Positions 1-12,861 are shown, counted from the first letter of the stretch. The stretch: DNA of 64,000 nt from Octopus bimaculoides (GCF_001194135.2 NC_068990.1:56807875-56871874); one strand, 5' to 3'. Notes: generated by a model from the sequence alone, not told the origin. Numbers and translations: made by a program.

Positions 1-306
1 ATGAGTGGCATTTTGTTGTTATTTCTATAATTTCTTTAACTTTTGTCATTCATTTCCTCTGTTTATACAAAAAGAAATTAGTTTTGAAGTCTTATTAATT
101 TATTTCTCTAACTTCATATTGTCACATATTTTGATAATCTTGTAAACTACACAACAACTTTGTAACCCTCCAGAACCTAACATACATATTTATATTCCGG
201 AACTTTCTTTTGGTATAGTCACAAACAATTTTTTTTCCTATGATAATTCCTACTTGAGCGATATCAACATATAAACATATTGCTTTGTGTGTGTGTATGT
301 GTGCAT

Positions 307-342
<36 letters not shown>

Positions 343-397
343 GTATATGTATACTTATATATACATACATAAACATATGTGTTTATATGTGTGTGTG

Positions 398-460
<63 letters not shown>

Positions 461-2788
461 TTATATATATATATGTGTATAAATATATATGTATATACAT
501 ACACACACACACACATATATATACATATATGCTTTGTAAGTAATGATATGTCATCCACAACTCAGTGTGCATATTAGCAGTGAAGAAAAATAAGGTTCCA
601 ACGAGAAATATAAAAGGAAATGTCCAAAGTTTGGTGAATGATTTTGTAAGATAAATCAGTTTTCTTCACTTGATACATGTGGGAAGTGAATTTCTTGTTA
701 AAGCCTATGGCTGTTAATTGATGGAACCTAACCGGTAGCTAAATCATTATTTCATTGGTCAAACACTGTTAAATCTAATTCTTAAGAATATCAGTAAGCA
801 GAGAAGAAAAACAACTAAGATTCACTAATTGTTTCTTTTAGATGTATATTTAAGCTGTTCCTTTCCTTTGGCATTTTCGCTCAAGATTTTGCAGTGAGAT
901 ATATTTGCATGACTTTTTTTTTTCTTCTTTCTGTTTCTCATCCTACTAGAGCATTGGTGAGACATTCCTAGGTTTCTTTACATGACATATAATACTATCT
1001 TTCCTTAATGTATTGTCTTGTTTTATACTTTTATATTGTCTGCATAAATAACAGATGAAGTTGAAATACCCTTTTATAAGAGCAAAACTAATTATATTCT
1101 TAATGACAACACTACCTATTAGGGTTTCTTTTGGAAAGACCAGCTTCCCACTGAAATTATGCACAGGTATTTGTAAAGTGTCTTGTGCATAAGTAAGTTG
1201 AAAAGAATTCTATCTTTTAATGTAAACTTCTTGCCCATAAAGACCTTGAAGGATGTCAACATGATAAATTAGAGAAATAAAGACTTTAAAATGAGATCAT
1301 AGAAAACACAGTTCTCTTTCTAGTAAGCTTTGCTCTCCTCAAGTAATTAAAATAAAAACAGTTATAAAATGAGTTACTACCATTATCTTGAATAGGTGCA
1401 TTTTCTGGATGTTTAAGCATTGTGTACACACAAAAACACAAATGCACGCAGATATCAACACATTCATGCGCATATTACATACATACTTTTACTTTTCAAA
1501 AGTGAGTTAGCAATCTAATGCTAAGACAATAAAATTACTACTATACACACAAAAGGGTTAAATGTGGAGGAATATTCTCGATTTGATTGATAACAAGATT
1601 TAGCAACATATTAAATAATGTCAGCATATTTGAATGTCTCATCTTATTTTTACTAGATATTACTCTGTATATCACATACTATATTCTACAGATGCATCTA
1701 TCAAAATTAGATGAACAATATAAAGTATCCTTATAAAATATGATAATATGGATTAACTGTACTATCAGCTGTGTCTTTATATCCCTATAAACTGCTGTTT
1801 TAATATATAAGACTAGTGTTTTACACTGATATGGTGTTTTTTTCTATGTTGTGTTTCCTTACCATAACTTAGTAGTTTGACACTTTGAGAATGACAAAAT
1901 AAGTACCAAAATATGAAGGGGATCAATATGTCCAACTAAAACATTTGAAGGCAATGCCCTAATATGGCTTCAGTCCAGTGACTGAAACTAGTAAAAAAAT
2001 GAAGGAATTAAAGAATTGTCTTCAACTGTATATTTTCAAAATGTATGAATATACTTAAACTGTGATAGAAATATTGTTAACAACTGTCACCCAAGAATAT
2101 ATTTACATGTAAACATTTTAGTGTCTGAAGATGATCACACAATCTGTCCCAAAATTGACAATACAGACAAAAATAGGAAAGATAACTTTCTTTAGTTCTC
2201 TAATATGCTTTAACCATCATAGCTAATACCATTACAGCTAATGTCATTCCAGAGCACTGCCTGCATAAGGTTTTATAATTAATGATTTCTAGCTTTGGTG
2301 CAAGGCCAAACATTTTTAGCTAGATGGGTATTGTGTAATAAATCAATCCCAGTACATGACAAGTACTTATTGACCCAGGAAGAATGGAAATCAAAGTTGA
2401 CCTCAGCATGATTTGAACTCAATATCTAGAAAGTTAGAACAAAACACTGCTCAATTTAACACCACCATCTGTCTCTTCGGTTCAGGCATCCTTACTAGAT
2501 CTCTGATCTATGGGAAGATAAATTACCATTTAGATGTGCTACTTGTGATTTCTTCTTCCCTTGCCTTTATCATAAGTTCCTACAGAGCCTTCAAAGGTTA
2601 CCGGCACTGTACTTCTTGCTCTGATTGAACCATAAAAAATAAATTATCTGATGTTCTACATTTCTGCCACTCAGTTATTTTATTTTTTATTTTTTTTTTG
2701 CCATGCTTTTATGCTACTAATACTTCTAAACATAAAATAACTGAATATGGGTTTCAAATTTTGGCTCAAGGCCTGCAATTTCGAGGTA

Positions 2789-2993
2789 CAAGGTGGTGCT
2801 GAAAAGTTCCTGGCTTTAGGTAAAAGAAAATAGGGGAGGATCTGTTAATTATGATTTTATTCAAGATATTCCCCTCTCAGACACCCCTCTATTGCAGTGG
2901 TTCTTCAGTTTCCCTAAGCTCTGTAAAAGAACTTGGAACCAACCAGGCCTTTTGTGATACCCTTAAAACCAGGAACTTTTCAACACTTCCTTG
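2789..2993. mobile_element. Tc1/mariner-type MITE (205 bp) inserted in a SINE
   Basis: TIRs CAAGGTGGTGCTGAAAAGTTCCTGGCTTTA vs reverse complement of the right end CAAGGAAGTGTTGAAAAGTTCCTGGTTTTA; TA on both sides (2787-2788, 2994-2995); no coding capacity; interrupts a Nin-type SINE copy (~2750-3130). Confidence 0.8.
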
Positions 2994-3567
2994 TAAGTTG
3001 ATTACATCAATCCTGAAAGGATAAAAAGCAAAGTTGACCACAGAAGAATTTGAACTCAGAACATAAAGATGGACAAAATGCCACTGACCAGTTTTCCCAG
3101 GGTGTTACCATTTCTACTAGCTTGCTGCCTTATAATAACTAAATATTAAATTACTGATGTGCATTTTGATTCTTTGCTCTCCTATATTTAAGAACATTTC
3201 TGTAGATTTTTCCACTAGCACTTTATGGTATGACAAATGTAAACTATTTATGTGTAGCTACAGTATTTTCATGAACAGAGAAAATAGGGAACAGTTTTAA
3301 TCCTGTGCTTGAGTTTCATCAGCAATTATGTATCCTCTTTAACCATCCACAAACAAACATATTGCTTATAAATCTACTTTCATTAAGGGTTCAAGGGTTC
3401 AAGTAAACTAGATAGATTAATTCGCTAAGAATGTATTATTAATGCCATAACAGGATTAGATACAGTCACTGTTGAAATCATAACTGAGGATTGCAACACC
3501 ACCTGTCTACCTATACTGTGTTTTCTTTCCATTAAAATATTGTGTGTGTGTGTATGTATTTATATAT

Positions 3568-3729
3568 ACAGGCAAAGGCTGTGTGGTAAGAAGCTTGCTT
3601 CTCAATCATATGGTACTGGGTTTAGTCCCACCGTGTGGCACTTTAGGCAAGTGTCTTCTCTTATAGCTCTGGACTGACCAAGTCCTTGTGAGTGAATTTG
3701 GTAGGTGGAAACTGAAAAGAAGCCTGTCG

Positions 3730-3793
<64 letters not shown>

Positions 3794-4035
3794 TTATGTG
3801 TGTAAGTCTTTGTGTCTGTTTCTCTCCCACCATCACTTGACAACCAATGTTGGTGTGTTTACATCCTCTTAGCAGTTCAGCAAAACTTTGTGATTCAGCA
3901 AAAGAGACCATGAGAATAAGTACTAAGCTTACAAAGAATAAGTCCTAGGGTTGATTTCTTTGACTAAAATTCTTTAAGGTGGTGCTCCAGCATGGCTGCA
4001 GTCAAATGACTGAAACCAGTGAAAGAATAAAGAAA
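3568..4035 (+). mobile_element. Dominant bipartite tRNA-headed SINE (family A), representative copy
   Basis: Layout: A-box/B-box-like head (GGCTGTGTGGT...GGGTTTAGTCCC), CORE-like GGCAAGTGTCTTCT block, internal (TA)n(TG)n tract, then a second half ending GGTGCTCCAGCATGGCTGCAGTCAAATGACTGAAAC. More than 20 recognisable copies. Approximate plus-strand copies: 7310-7900, 14775-15050, 16705-17031, 22490-22890, 22895-23270, 24695-25090, 28350-28825, 30160-30555, 32065-32450, 46305-46770. Approximate minus-strand copies: 12300-12690, 17690-18270, 25270-26310, 29600-30020, 36545-36936, 40315-40700, 45290-45690. Confidence 0.9.
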
Positions 4036-4037
4036 GA

Positions 4038-4075
<38 letters not shown>

Positions 4076-4166
4076 ATATATATACACACACATATATATG
4101 TAGTTGTATTATATGCAAATATTGTTACAGAGAGTGTTGGCTAGAAGAATATGTAGACATCATATA

Positions 4167-5341
4167 CACAGATATGACAAAAGTGAATAAACACACTTAT
4201 AATATCATTACAATTTATTTAAGTCTGCAATTGTACATTCAAATTATTTATTAATTATTACAATGTGAATATTTGATATTTAGTAGAGATGCCTTTAACA
4301 TGTTATTGATCTGATGACAAATATTCTCTTAAGTTTTACGCTATAATCTAAAAAGATCTGGTTTTAAGGATACTTTCTTGGTCTTTTTGTGAATTGTCCT
4401 GTCCATTATATCCCAGAGGTGTTCAATAGGATTCATACCTGGTGACTGGCTTGGCCATGGAAGCTTTTTAATGCTATTCTCTTCCAACCAAACTTGGATC
4501 TTTTTAGCCATGTGATGAGGAGCCCCATCTTCCATAAATAAAGAGTCTTCTTTAATCATTCCACCACTGGAGAAGATTGGAAGGAGTTCTTTCTGCATTA
4601 TGGACACATATTTATCTAAGTCTATGTTTCCCTCACACTCTGCCAGCTCTGATCAACCGTTGCTCCAAATTCCTTCCCCCAGACCATCACAGAATAGTCA
4701 GAGTGTTTCATTGTTGGCTGCAATCTTTTCATGTCAAATTCTTGATTACAGAGTTTCCAGATCCACACTTAACCGCTGTGAGAAAATACAGCATATCTGG
4801 ACTCATCAGAGAATATGACAGTGTCCTAAAATGTTAGTGGCCTCTCCACCATCGCACTGGCCCAATCTTTTCTCCACATGAAATTGGCTGGTCAAAGAAG
4901 TGGCTTCATAGTAGCAAAGTTTGTAGAGATATGTAACAGCTGTTCTGGGACTGACATCAACTTGTTCTACTATGTCAGAGGTCTTGTAATGATGATTATC
5001 CTCCACACTTCCCTTAACAAAGAGAAGGATCCTATCAGAGATCCCTGATTGATCTGCACAATGTGATGTGGACTCCTTCCTTCTCCACTGAATTGCATGC
5101 ACATTCATTCTATTAACTGTAAAAAGTGGAATCACTCGATTTTCTGTGATTTTATGCTGATGAAGCATCTATGAAATTCAAACAGTTCCAAGGTTTCTTT
5201 TGCATGTGGCATGATTAAACAGTCACATATAAAACCTGAAACATGAAAATGTCAATTAATAAAATATATAAACGTTTTCAAATTAAAATAAACATAAAAC
5301 GATGTTTTATTGAGTGTCTATTTACTTCTGTCATGTCTGTG
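4167..5341 (-). mobile_element. Decayed Tc1-family DNA transposon (DD34E transposase pseudogene)
   Basis: TIRs CACAGATATGACAAAAGTGAATAAACAC (left) vs CACAGACATGACAGAAGTAAATAGACAC (reverse complement of right end), TA flanks at 4165-4166 and 5342-5343. Minus-strand fragments TVIFSDESRY, VMVWG and DGAPHH...WPSQSPGMNPIEHLWD with exactly 34 residues between D and E; stops and frameshifts present. Confidence 0.92.
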
Positions 5342-5464
5342 TAGATATCTGAATAATTCACTCTGCTGGCTACAACAACAAATGTTGCTGTTGGTTTGAT
5401 CAATGGAACAACTGCTTGTGAAATTAATGTGCAAGTGGCTGAGAACTCCACAGATATGCATACC

Positions 5465-5681
5465 TATTTCGTTATTGCCCACAAGGGGCTAAACATAGAG
5501 GGAACAAACAAGAACAGACGAACGGATTAAGTCAATTACATCGACCCAGTGCGTAACTGGTACTTAATTTATCGACCCCGAAAGGATGAAAGGCAAAGTC
5601 GACCTCGGCGGAATTTGAACTCAGAACGTAACGGCAGACGAAATACCGCTAAGCATTTCGCCCGGCGTGCTAACGATTCTG
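5465..5681 (-). mobile_element. Young Nin-domain-like tRNA SINE (family B) with 17-bp TSD
   Basis: Minus strand reads GGCAGAATCGTTAGC...GAGTTCAAATTCC (B-box)...CATCCTTTCGGGGTCGATAAATTAAGTACCAG. Direct repeat CCACAGATATGCATACC at 5448-5464 and 5682-5698. Other decayed copies lie near 2300-2460, 11280-11930, 13920-14330, 20990-22080, 33480-34260 and 57620-58370. Confidence 0.9.
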
Positions 5682-8369
5682 CCACAGATATGCATACCCT
5701 TAATGTAATTCTCAGGGAGATTCAACATGATTCAGAATGTTAAAGTTGGACCTCGTAAATACAGGTACTACTCATTTTTGTCAGCTGAGTGAACTGGGAA
5801 TTGAATTCATGACCTTATGATCATAAACCAAATACCTAACCACTAAGCCACATGCCTTCACACAGACATCTGAATATACACAAAGAATGTATTGCAGATT
5901 TACATCTTACCTAATTTCAAAATTTCACTTATATTTACAGGCCTACATCTCTAATTCCTCCTGTATACATATGGAATTTTAAAAAAATAACTGAAATTAT
6001 TTCTGTATAACTTTTAACACCATAGCATAATTCTGCAAATTTCTCTGCATGAAAATAGATATAGAAATATGCTATAACACAAGCTGAACAAAATAAGTAA
6101 TTTTCATGTGTATGGTTAATGCTTTCAAGAGTTACAAACCGAATAACTGAGGAACCCATATATTGTATGCTGTTATATATTATATATTACATGGTCTTCA
6201 TTAATTTCTTCCATCAGATTATCAACTGTGATTCCATATTCACTTGTTTAGACTATCTCTTAGATATAATAATTCAATGAAAATATTGGATTGAAATTAT
6301 AGTTTACAATATTATCTTGTTACTGATATGTTATTAAATGCTGCACAAAGAATATCAATAACAAAATGTTTGTAGTGGAAAATATTTGGGAATATGACAG
6401 ACCACTAGAAACAATCTATCTTGAATTATATACATCTATAAAACGCACATAAACACACACAAAACAAATGCATACACAAGTAAGTGCCTGTGTTTGTGAA
6501 TGTATACATATGTACTTGAGCATATATGCATTTGTGCATTTGTGTATGAATATAAATTTGATAGTAGAGGTAAAATGCTAACATGGATAAATGGAAAAGA
6601 CATGGTGTTATCAATTCTCTGGTTAAAACAATTAATTTCATAGGCATTTTTAAGCAGTATTTGTTTCTTTCATAGGCATTTTTAAGCAGTATTTGTTTCT
6701 GAAGAACTTTCCGTTTAGTCACTTGACTAAGTGACACTGTAGCAATATGTCCTTAAACCAAGTGAAAACTTTGAATTGCATCCCTTTAATAAATATGAAA
6801 AACATTACTGATAAAATGATTCATGTAGAATTAAGACTGGCACACAATATATCATACATATATCCAATATATAAAACAAAGGAAAAACGTATATTATTGT
6901 GTTGATGAAATATTTCAACTACTGGAGTAGCTTACAAGTACATCACACCAAGTACTTTAGGGATTCAATAAGTCAGTGATGAAATATTCAAAACAAACAA
7001 CACCAAACAATGGGAAAATAAGGAATACTCATTTAATCATTATCCTCATTTAACGTCTGTTTTCCAGGCTAGCATGGGTTGGGCCATCAGATGTCAAAAT
7101 AAGTATAACCAATTTTCTTTAAGAGAAAGAAATAATTTCATCAACAATAAAATTATTTTTTGAATATAAAATTAAGAGAGAAAAAAATTATGATCTCTGT
7201 ACAGAAATATGGATTGGAAGGAATCTTACCAGGAATGGATGTGTGGATAAAATGTTTCACTCTTATGTGGGTTGATTAGCATTTGATCTCACAGCACAGC
7301 ACTACCATAGCTTTGGAAGCAATAACTTGTGAGCGGAATTTTGTAGATAGAATCTGTGTATAAAATAATTCATCGAACTATCTGCCTGTTTGTCCGCCCA
7401 TTTATTTGTCTGTCTATCTATCTATCTACCTATCTATCTATCCATCTATCTATTTATCTATCTATCTATTTATCTGTATATGCAAATACATACATATACA
7501 CATGTACATTCACACNNNNNNNNNNNNNNNNNNNNNNNNNNNNNNNNNNNNNNNNNNNNNNNNNNNNNNNNNNNNNNNNNNNNNNNNNNNNNNNNNNNNN
7601 NNNNNNNNNNNNNNNATATATATATATATGTGTGTATATATATATGTATATGTATATATACATGTATATGTATATATATTTTTTTATGTGTATGTCTTTG
7701 TGTCTGTGTTTGTCCGTCCACCATTATTTGACAACTGATGTTGGCATGTTTATGTCATCGGTAACTTAGCAGTTTGGCAAAAGAGTCTGATGAAATAAGT
7801 ACCAGGCTAAGAAAGAATAAGTGCCTGGGTTGATTTCTTCAACTAAAAAGCGGTGCTCCAGCATGGCCACACTCAAACAACTGATGGAAAAAATATAAAA
7901 ATAAATACATAAGTACATATAAATATTTAAAGGTATATATACATATATATATATATATANNNNNNNNNNNNNNNNNNNNNNNNNNNNNNNNNNNNNNNNN
8001 NNNNNNNNNNNNNNNNNNNNNNNNNNNNNNNNNNNNNNNNNNNNNNNNNNNNNNNNNNNNNNNNNNNNNNNNNNNNNNNNNNNNNNNNNNNNNNNNNNNN
8101 NNNNNNNNNNNNNNNNNNNNNNNNNNNNNNNNNNNNNNNNNNNNNNNNNNNNNNNNNNNNNNNNNNNNNNNNNNNNNNNNNNNNNNNNNNNNNNNNNNNN
8201 NNNNNNNNNNNNNNNNNNNNNNNNNNNNNNNNNNNNNNNNNNNNNNNNNNNNNNNNNNNNNNNNNNNNNNNNNNNNNNNNNNNNNNNNNNNNNNNNNNNN
8301 NNNNNNNNGGAAAAAATATAAAAATAAATACATAAGTACATATAAATATTTAAAGGTATATATATATCT

Positions 8370-8630
8370 ATATACAGAAATTTAATGAACTCTACGGGTC
8401 TTAGTAAATACATTTGGGAACTTAAATCAAAATGAATAGAATACGAATTAAAATGGGAAATAGTTTGCAAGGCTAAATCATATAGGATAGGGAATAAATT
8501 CTGCTTATTATGTACTAACGAATTTAAAGAGATATTATTAACTACTAAAAAATTTATTGACTCCCACGATGAACGTTATATTAAATGAAGACATAAATTA
8601 AATCACTTATATGATAAGTTTAAATAACTA
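8370..8630 (+). mobile_element. Penelope-like element, GIY-YIG endonuclease C-terminal remnant
   Basis: Manual translation: NSTGLSKYIWELKSK*IEYELKWEIVCKAKSYRIGNKFCLLCTNEFKEILL...ERYIK*RHK. It matches the PLE EN pattern (T.LSKYIW.LK......I.W.I......Y......C.LC..E......C.RH) with in-frame stops. The adjacent SINE-free, CpG-retaining block to ~9950 is probably more of the same element. Confidence 0.75.
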
Positions 8631-11600
8631 ATTTATTTATTTAAACCTAGTATTAGGTACCAACTTATAGTTATAATCAGTATCTTAGAATACATCAAAT
8701 TAGCTTCAGAATACATTTTAATCATCACAATATTATACAAAATTACCTTTGCTTTAAGTATTCAACGATAATATGAGCAGTCTTTTACAATGTTTCATAA
8801 CATTATTTAAGTAATATATAACTTTCGTATTTGGTATAGTTATTATTCTGCGTAAATCTGAGAGTTTTAAGCATTTTAGTATTATTAATCATCATTAAAC
8901 TTTTTATTTTAGGTAGATTTTCTTTTTCGATATTTTCGTTATTATTTTAGCAATTATAACACGTACTTACCTCTGGTAATGGACGCCATGTTTATCACGT
9001 GACTTTTCAGTATTAATTTTCATAGCATTATTTACGTAATATAGAATTTCCGTATGGCTATAGTTATTACTCTGCGTTAGTTTGAAAGTTTAAGTATTTT
9101 AGTATTTTTAATTCTCAAGAAACGTTTTATTTTAGATAGATTTTCTTTTTCGATATTTTCGTTATTATTGTAGTAATTATAATACGCATGTACTTCCGGG
9201 TAATAGACGTCATATTTATCACGTGACCTTTTAGTATAAATTCTGTAGCCATTTTGTTTTAATCTAGAGTTACCAGCCGGCAGATAAGTCATGTTTTTCT
9301 TATTTTAATTTTATAAACAATATTGATATCCGTCTTTTAGTAACTTTGTACACTAACACATTTTTTACTATTATCTACTTAGTCCATAATGTTTTATCCT
9401 TGTTTACTATAATACTATAATATTTTTAGATTGTAACTCTTAATGATTATATTAATACCGTTAATGTAGGGATTAGTTTACAGATTTTGTCTCTTTATAT
9501 ATATTTTTATTTCTCACGTTTATGTTTATTCTTTGAATGGTTTTAGGTATTTTCTTAGGGATTTGACCCGAAGAGTGACTGATTTTGGGAGTAAAATCAT
9601 TTCCCCGTTCTAATGAACTCGGATAGAATTTGCTTATGATTTTATATAGTCCTATTTCATCCATGAAACGAACGTAGTCTATGTACTAGCACTAACGTTT
9701 TGCATTTATACTTCCATACTGTATATTATCATATTAATTTTTACTGTCCAATTTATAAATTTGACTTTTAAACATTTTGAATCAATATTTCTATGATTTA
9801 TCTATATGATTTATTTATGTAATATGTTATTTAATTTAAATTTTTAGATTAAAATATTAGATATATTAAGATGGTATATGCCTCACAGCATGGATTTGAA
9901 TGGGTTCTGAGTTGACTGAGTTGTAGGGTGGTGGTTCGTCTCTAAATTAGTTATATATATATATATNNNNNNNNNNNNNNNNNNNNNNNNNNNNNNNNNN
10001 NNNNNNNNNNNNNNNNNNNNNNNNNNNNNNNNNNNNNNNNNNNNNNNNNNNNNNNNNNNNNNNNNNNNNNNNNNNNNNNNNNNNNNNNNNNNNNNNNNNN
10101 NNNNNNNNNNNNNNNNNNNNNNNNNNNNNNNNNNNNNNNNNNNNNNNNNNNNNNNNNNNNNNNNNNNNNNNNNNNNNNNNNNNNNNNNNNNNNNNNNNNN
10201 NNNNNNNNNNNNNNNNNNNNNNNNNNNNNNNNNNNNNNNNNNNNNNNNNNNNNNNNNNNNNNNNNNNNNNNNNNNNNNNNNNNNNNNNNNNNNNNNNNNN
10301 NNNNNNNNNNNNNNNNNNNNNNNNNNNNNNNNNNNNNNNNNNNNNNNNNNNNNNNNNNNNNNNNNNNNNNNNNNNNNNNNNNNNNNNNNNNNNNNNNNNN
10401 NNNNNNNNNNNNNNNNNNNNNNNNNNNNNNNNNNNNNNNNNNNNNNNNNNNNNNNNNNNNNNNNNNNNNNNNNNNNNNNNNNNNNNNNNNNNNNNNNNNN
10501 NNNNNNNNNNNNNNNNNNNNNNNNNNNNNNNNNNNNNNNNNNNNNNNNNNNNNNNNNNNNNNNNNNNNNNNNNNNNNNNNNNNNNNNNNNNNNNNNNNNN
10601 NNNNNNNNNNNNNNNNNNNNNNNNNNNNNNNNNNNNNNNNNNNNNNNNNNNNNNNNNNNNNNNNNNNNNNNNNNNNNNNNNNNNNNNNNNNNNNNNNNNN
10701 NNNNNNNNNNNNNNNNNNNNNNNNNNNNNNNNNNNNNNNNNNNNNNNNNNNNNNNNNNTTCTTTGAACAGTCAGATGTCAGATTACCTAAAAAGAAACAA
10801 TGTAGTTAATAATAAATGTTGAAATTAATGCATGCCAGATTTCACAGTTCGTGCATCAGCCTTTCATTGTCAGGCTATGAAATTTTCAGCTTACCCTTGG
10901 ATATCAGCAAAAATACATAAATATTGTTGGGAAAACTGCAAAACAGATGCTGTACGAAGTCCCTTGTGCTATTTGAACTGTATCAAGTTACAGATGTGCC
11001 TCTCACTGTCAGTGATGCTGTGAACCAATGATTTAGAAATCTGTAACCAACAATGTCACCCTTCACAAATTATGAAATAAATTAATATATGTATTCCAGA
11101 ATTGTAAATGTTTGGCATATGACTTGATCTAAGAACTTGTATTAAAACTGAAGCATTTAAGAACACTCGAAATAGTTACATACAGTTTTTTTATATCTTA
11201 ATAGTATTTTGTATACTATGTATAGAAGGCACAGGCATGGGTGTGTAGTAAGAAGTTTTCTTCCCAACCACATGGTTTGGGGTTCAGTCCTAAGGCCAGT
11301 AATTTCAGTGAAGCAGGAAAGTCGATTACAACCTGGTACTTATTTTATTGACTCCCATCAAAGTGATAAAAGGCAAAGATAACTTTGGAGAAATTTGAAC
11401 CCAGAATGCTAACAATTCAGCCAGCTCACCACCTTAAGTAGTTGTAGTAGTAGTAGTAGTAATAATAATAATAATAATGATAATAATAACAATCCTTTCT
11501 ACTAAAGGTACAAGGCCTGAAATCTGTGGGGAGGAGACTAATTGATTACATTGACCTCAGTGTCTCCCTGATACTTAATTTACTGACCCCAAAAGGATGA

Positions 11601-11706
11601 AAGGCAAAATCGATCTTGGTGGAATTTGAACTCAGAATGCATCAAAGGGTGAAATACAGCAAAGCATTTCATCCAACATGCTAATGAGTCTGCCTGCTCA
11701 CCACCT

Positions 11707-11753
<47 letters not shown>

Positions 11754-12187
11754 TAATGGTTTCAAATTCTAGCACAAGGCCAGTACTCAATTGGTATCTA
11801 TTTTATCGACCATGAAAGTACAAAAAGCAAAGGTGACCTTGGTGAAATTTGAACTCAGAGCATAAAAACATGAAATGCTGCATTTTGCCAGGTGTGCTAA
11901 CAAACAGTTCAGCCAACCTGCCACCTTATACTGCCAATAATGATAAAAAATAATAATAATAATAATGAAGAAGAAGAAGTTAGTTGTATTATTAAGCACC
12001 TTCAATTGCTGGTTTATAAAAAACGCAAATTAACTGAAAAACATGGACAGTGTATTTAATTAGACAAATGCTAACAAAATTGTAAAAAGGCCAGAAAATG
12101 TGTTCGGAAATGTTTTGACATCCTAGAACATTGGAGATCAAATTACTAATGCACTCTGCATGGAAGATTAAAAGGAAACCAGTTTAA

Positions 12188-12861
12188 CCCTTTGGCATTC
12201 AAATTACTCTGTCAAATGTAATGCTTATTTATTTACAATGTTTTGAATTAATCAGGTGTTATATCATAGCTTTGAGATTTTGATGATATGATTTTAGCTT
12301 TTATATATTACTTGTTTCAGTTGTAAGACGGTGGCCATCCTGGGTCAACACCATGAGAAATTTTGGTCAAATGAATCAACATCTGTACTTAATTTTTTTT
12401 TTATAAAGCCTGGTACTTATTCTATTAGTTTTTATTGCTGAACCACTAAGTTACAGGGATGTAAACTTACCAACACTGGTTGTCAAGCAGTGGTGGGGAA
12501 CAAACACAATCACAAGGACACATAGACACACAAGGGCTTTTTTCACTTTCTGTCAACAAAATCCACTAACAAGACTTTGGTCAGCCCAAGGCTATAGTGG
12601 AAGACATTTGCCCAAGGTGCAAGACAGTAGGACTGAACTGATCCAAAACCATTTGGTTGGGAAGCAAACTTCTTACCACACAGCCATGATTTATATTTAC
12701 CACACAACCTGATTTTATATGGTATCACACAGCCTGATTTTATATTTTTAAAATGACATTGTGGAGTAGGTGTGAAAGGTAAGATCTGGCCAGTTTGAGT
12801 ATAACAGAGGTGAAATATTTGAACTGGATATGACTGCTTTAAATGCTAAAGGATTAAAGGG
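12188..12861. mobile_element. piggyBac-type MITE with a nested family-A SINE
   Basis: TTAA|CCCTTTGGCATT...AATGCTAAAGG...|TTAA ends; the body matches copies at 26358-26569 and 49092-49365; a SINE fills ~12300-12690. Confidence 0.7.

Noticed and set aside
122-577. YI/CV/HT-rich ORFs (and the many similar ORF-track entries across the window)
   Set aside because: Translations of (TA)n/(TG)n/(CA)n microsatellites or N-gaps, not genes.
6637-6700. Exact 32-bp tandem duplication
   Set aside because: Ordinary slippage-type duplication with no structural or coding consequence visible.
9077-9292. KYDVY motif suggesting a methyl-CpG-binding domain
   Set aside because: Only five residues match, the duplicate copy is frameshifted, and the block is better explained as Penelope-like remnant.
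10832-11023. Twin CX3C peptide (CWENC...CYLNC) reminiscent of small Tim proteins
   Set aside because: The 9-residue spacer is too short, the flanks are not Tim-like and there is no convincing exon structure; likely chance.
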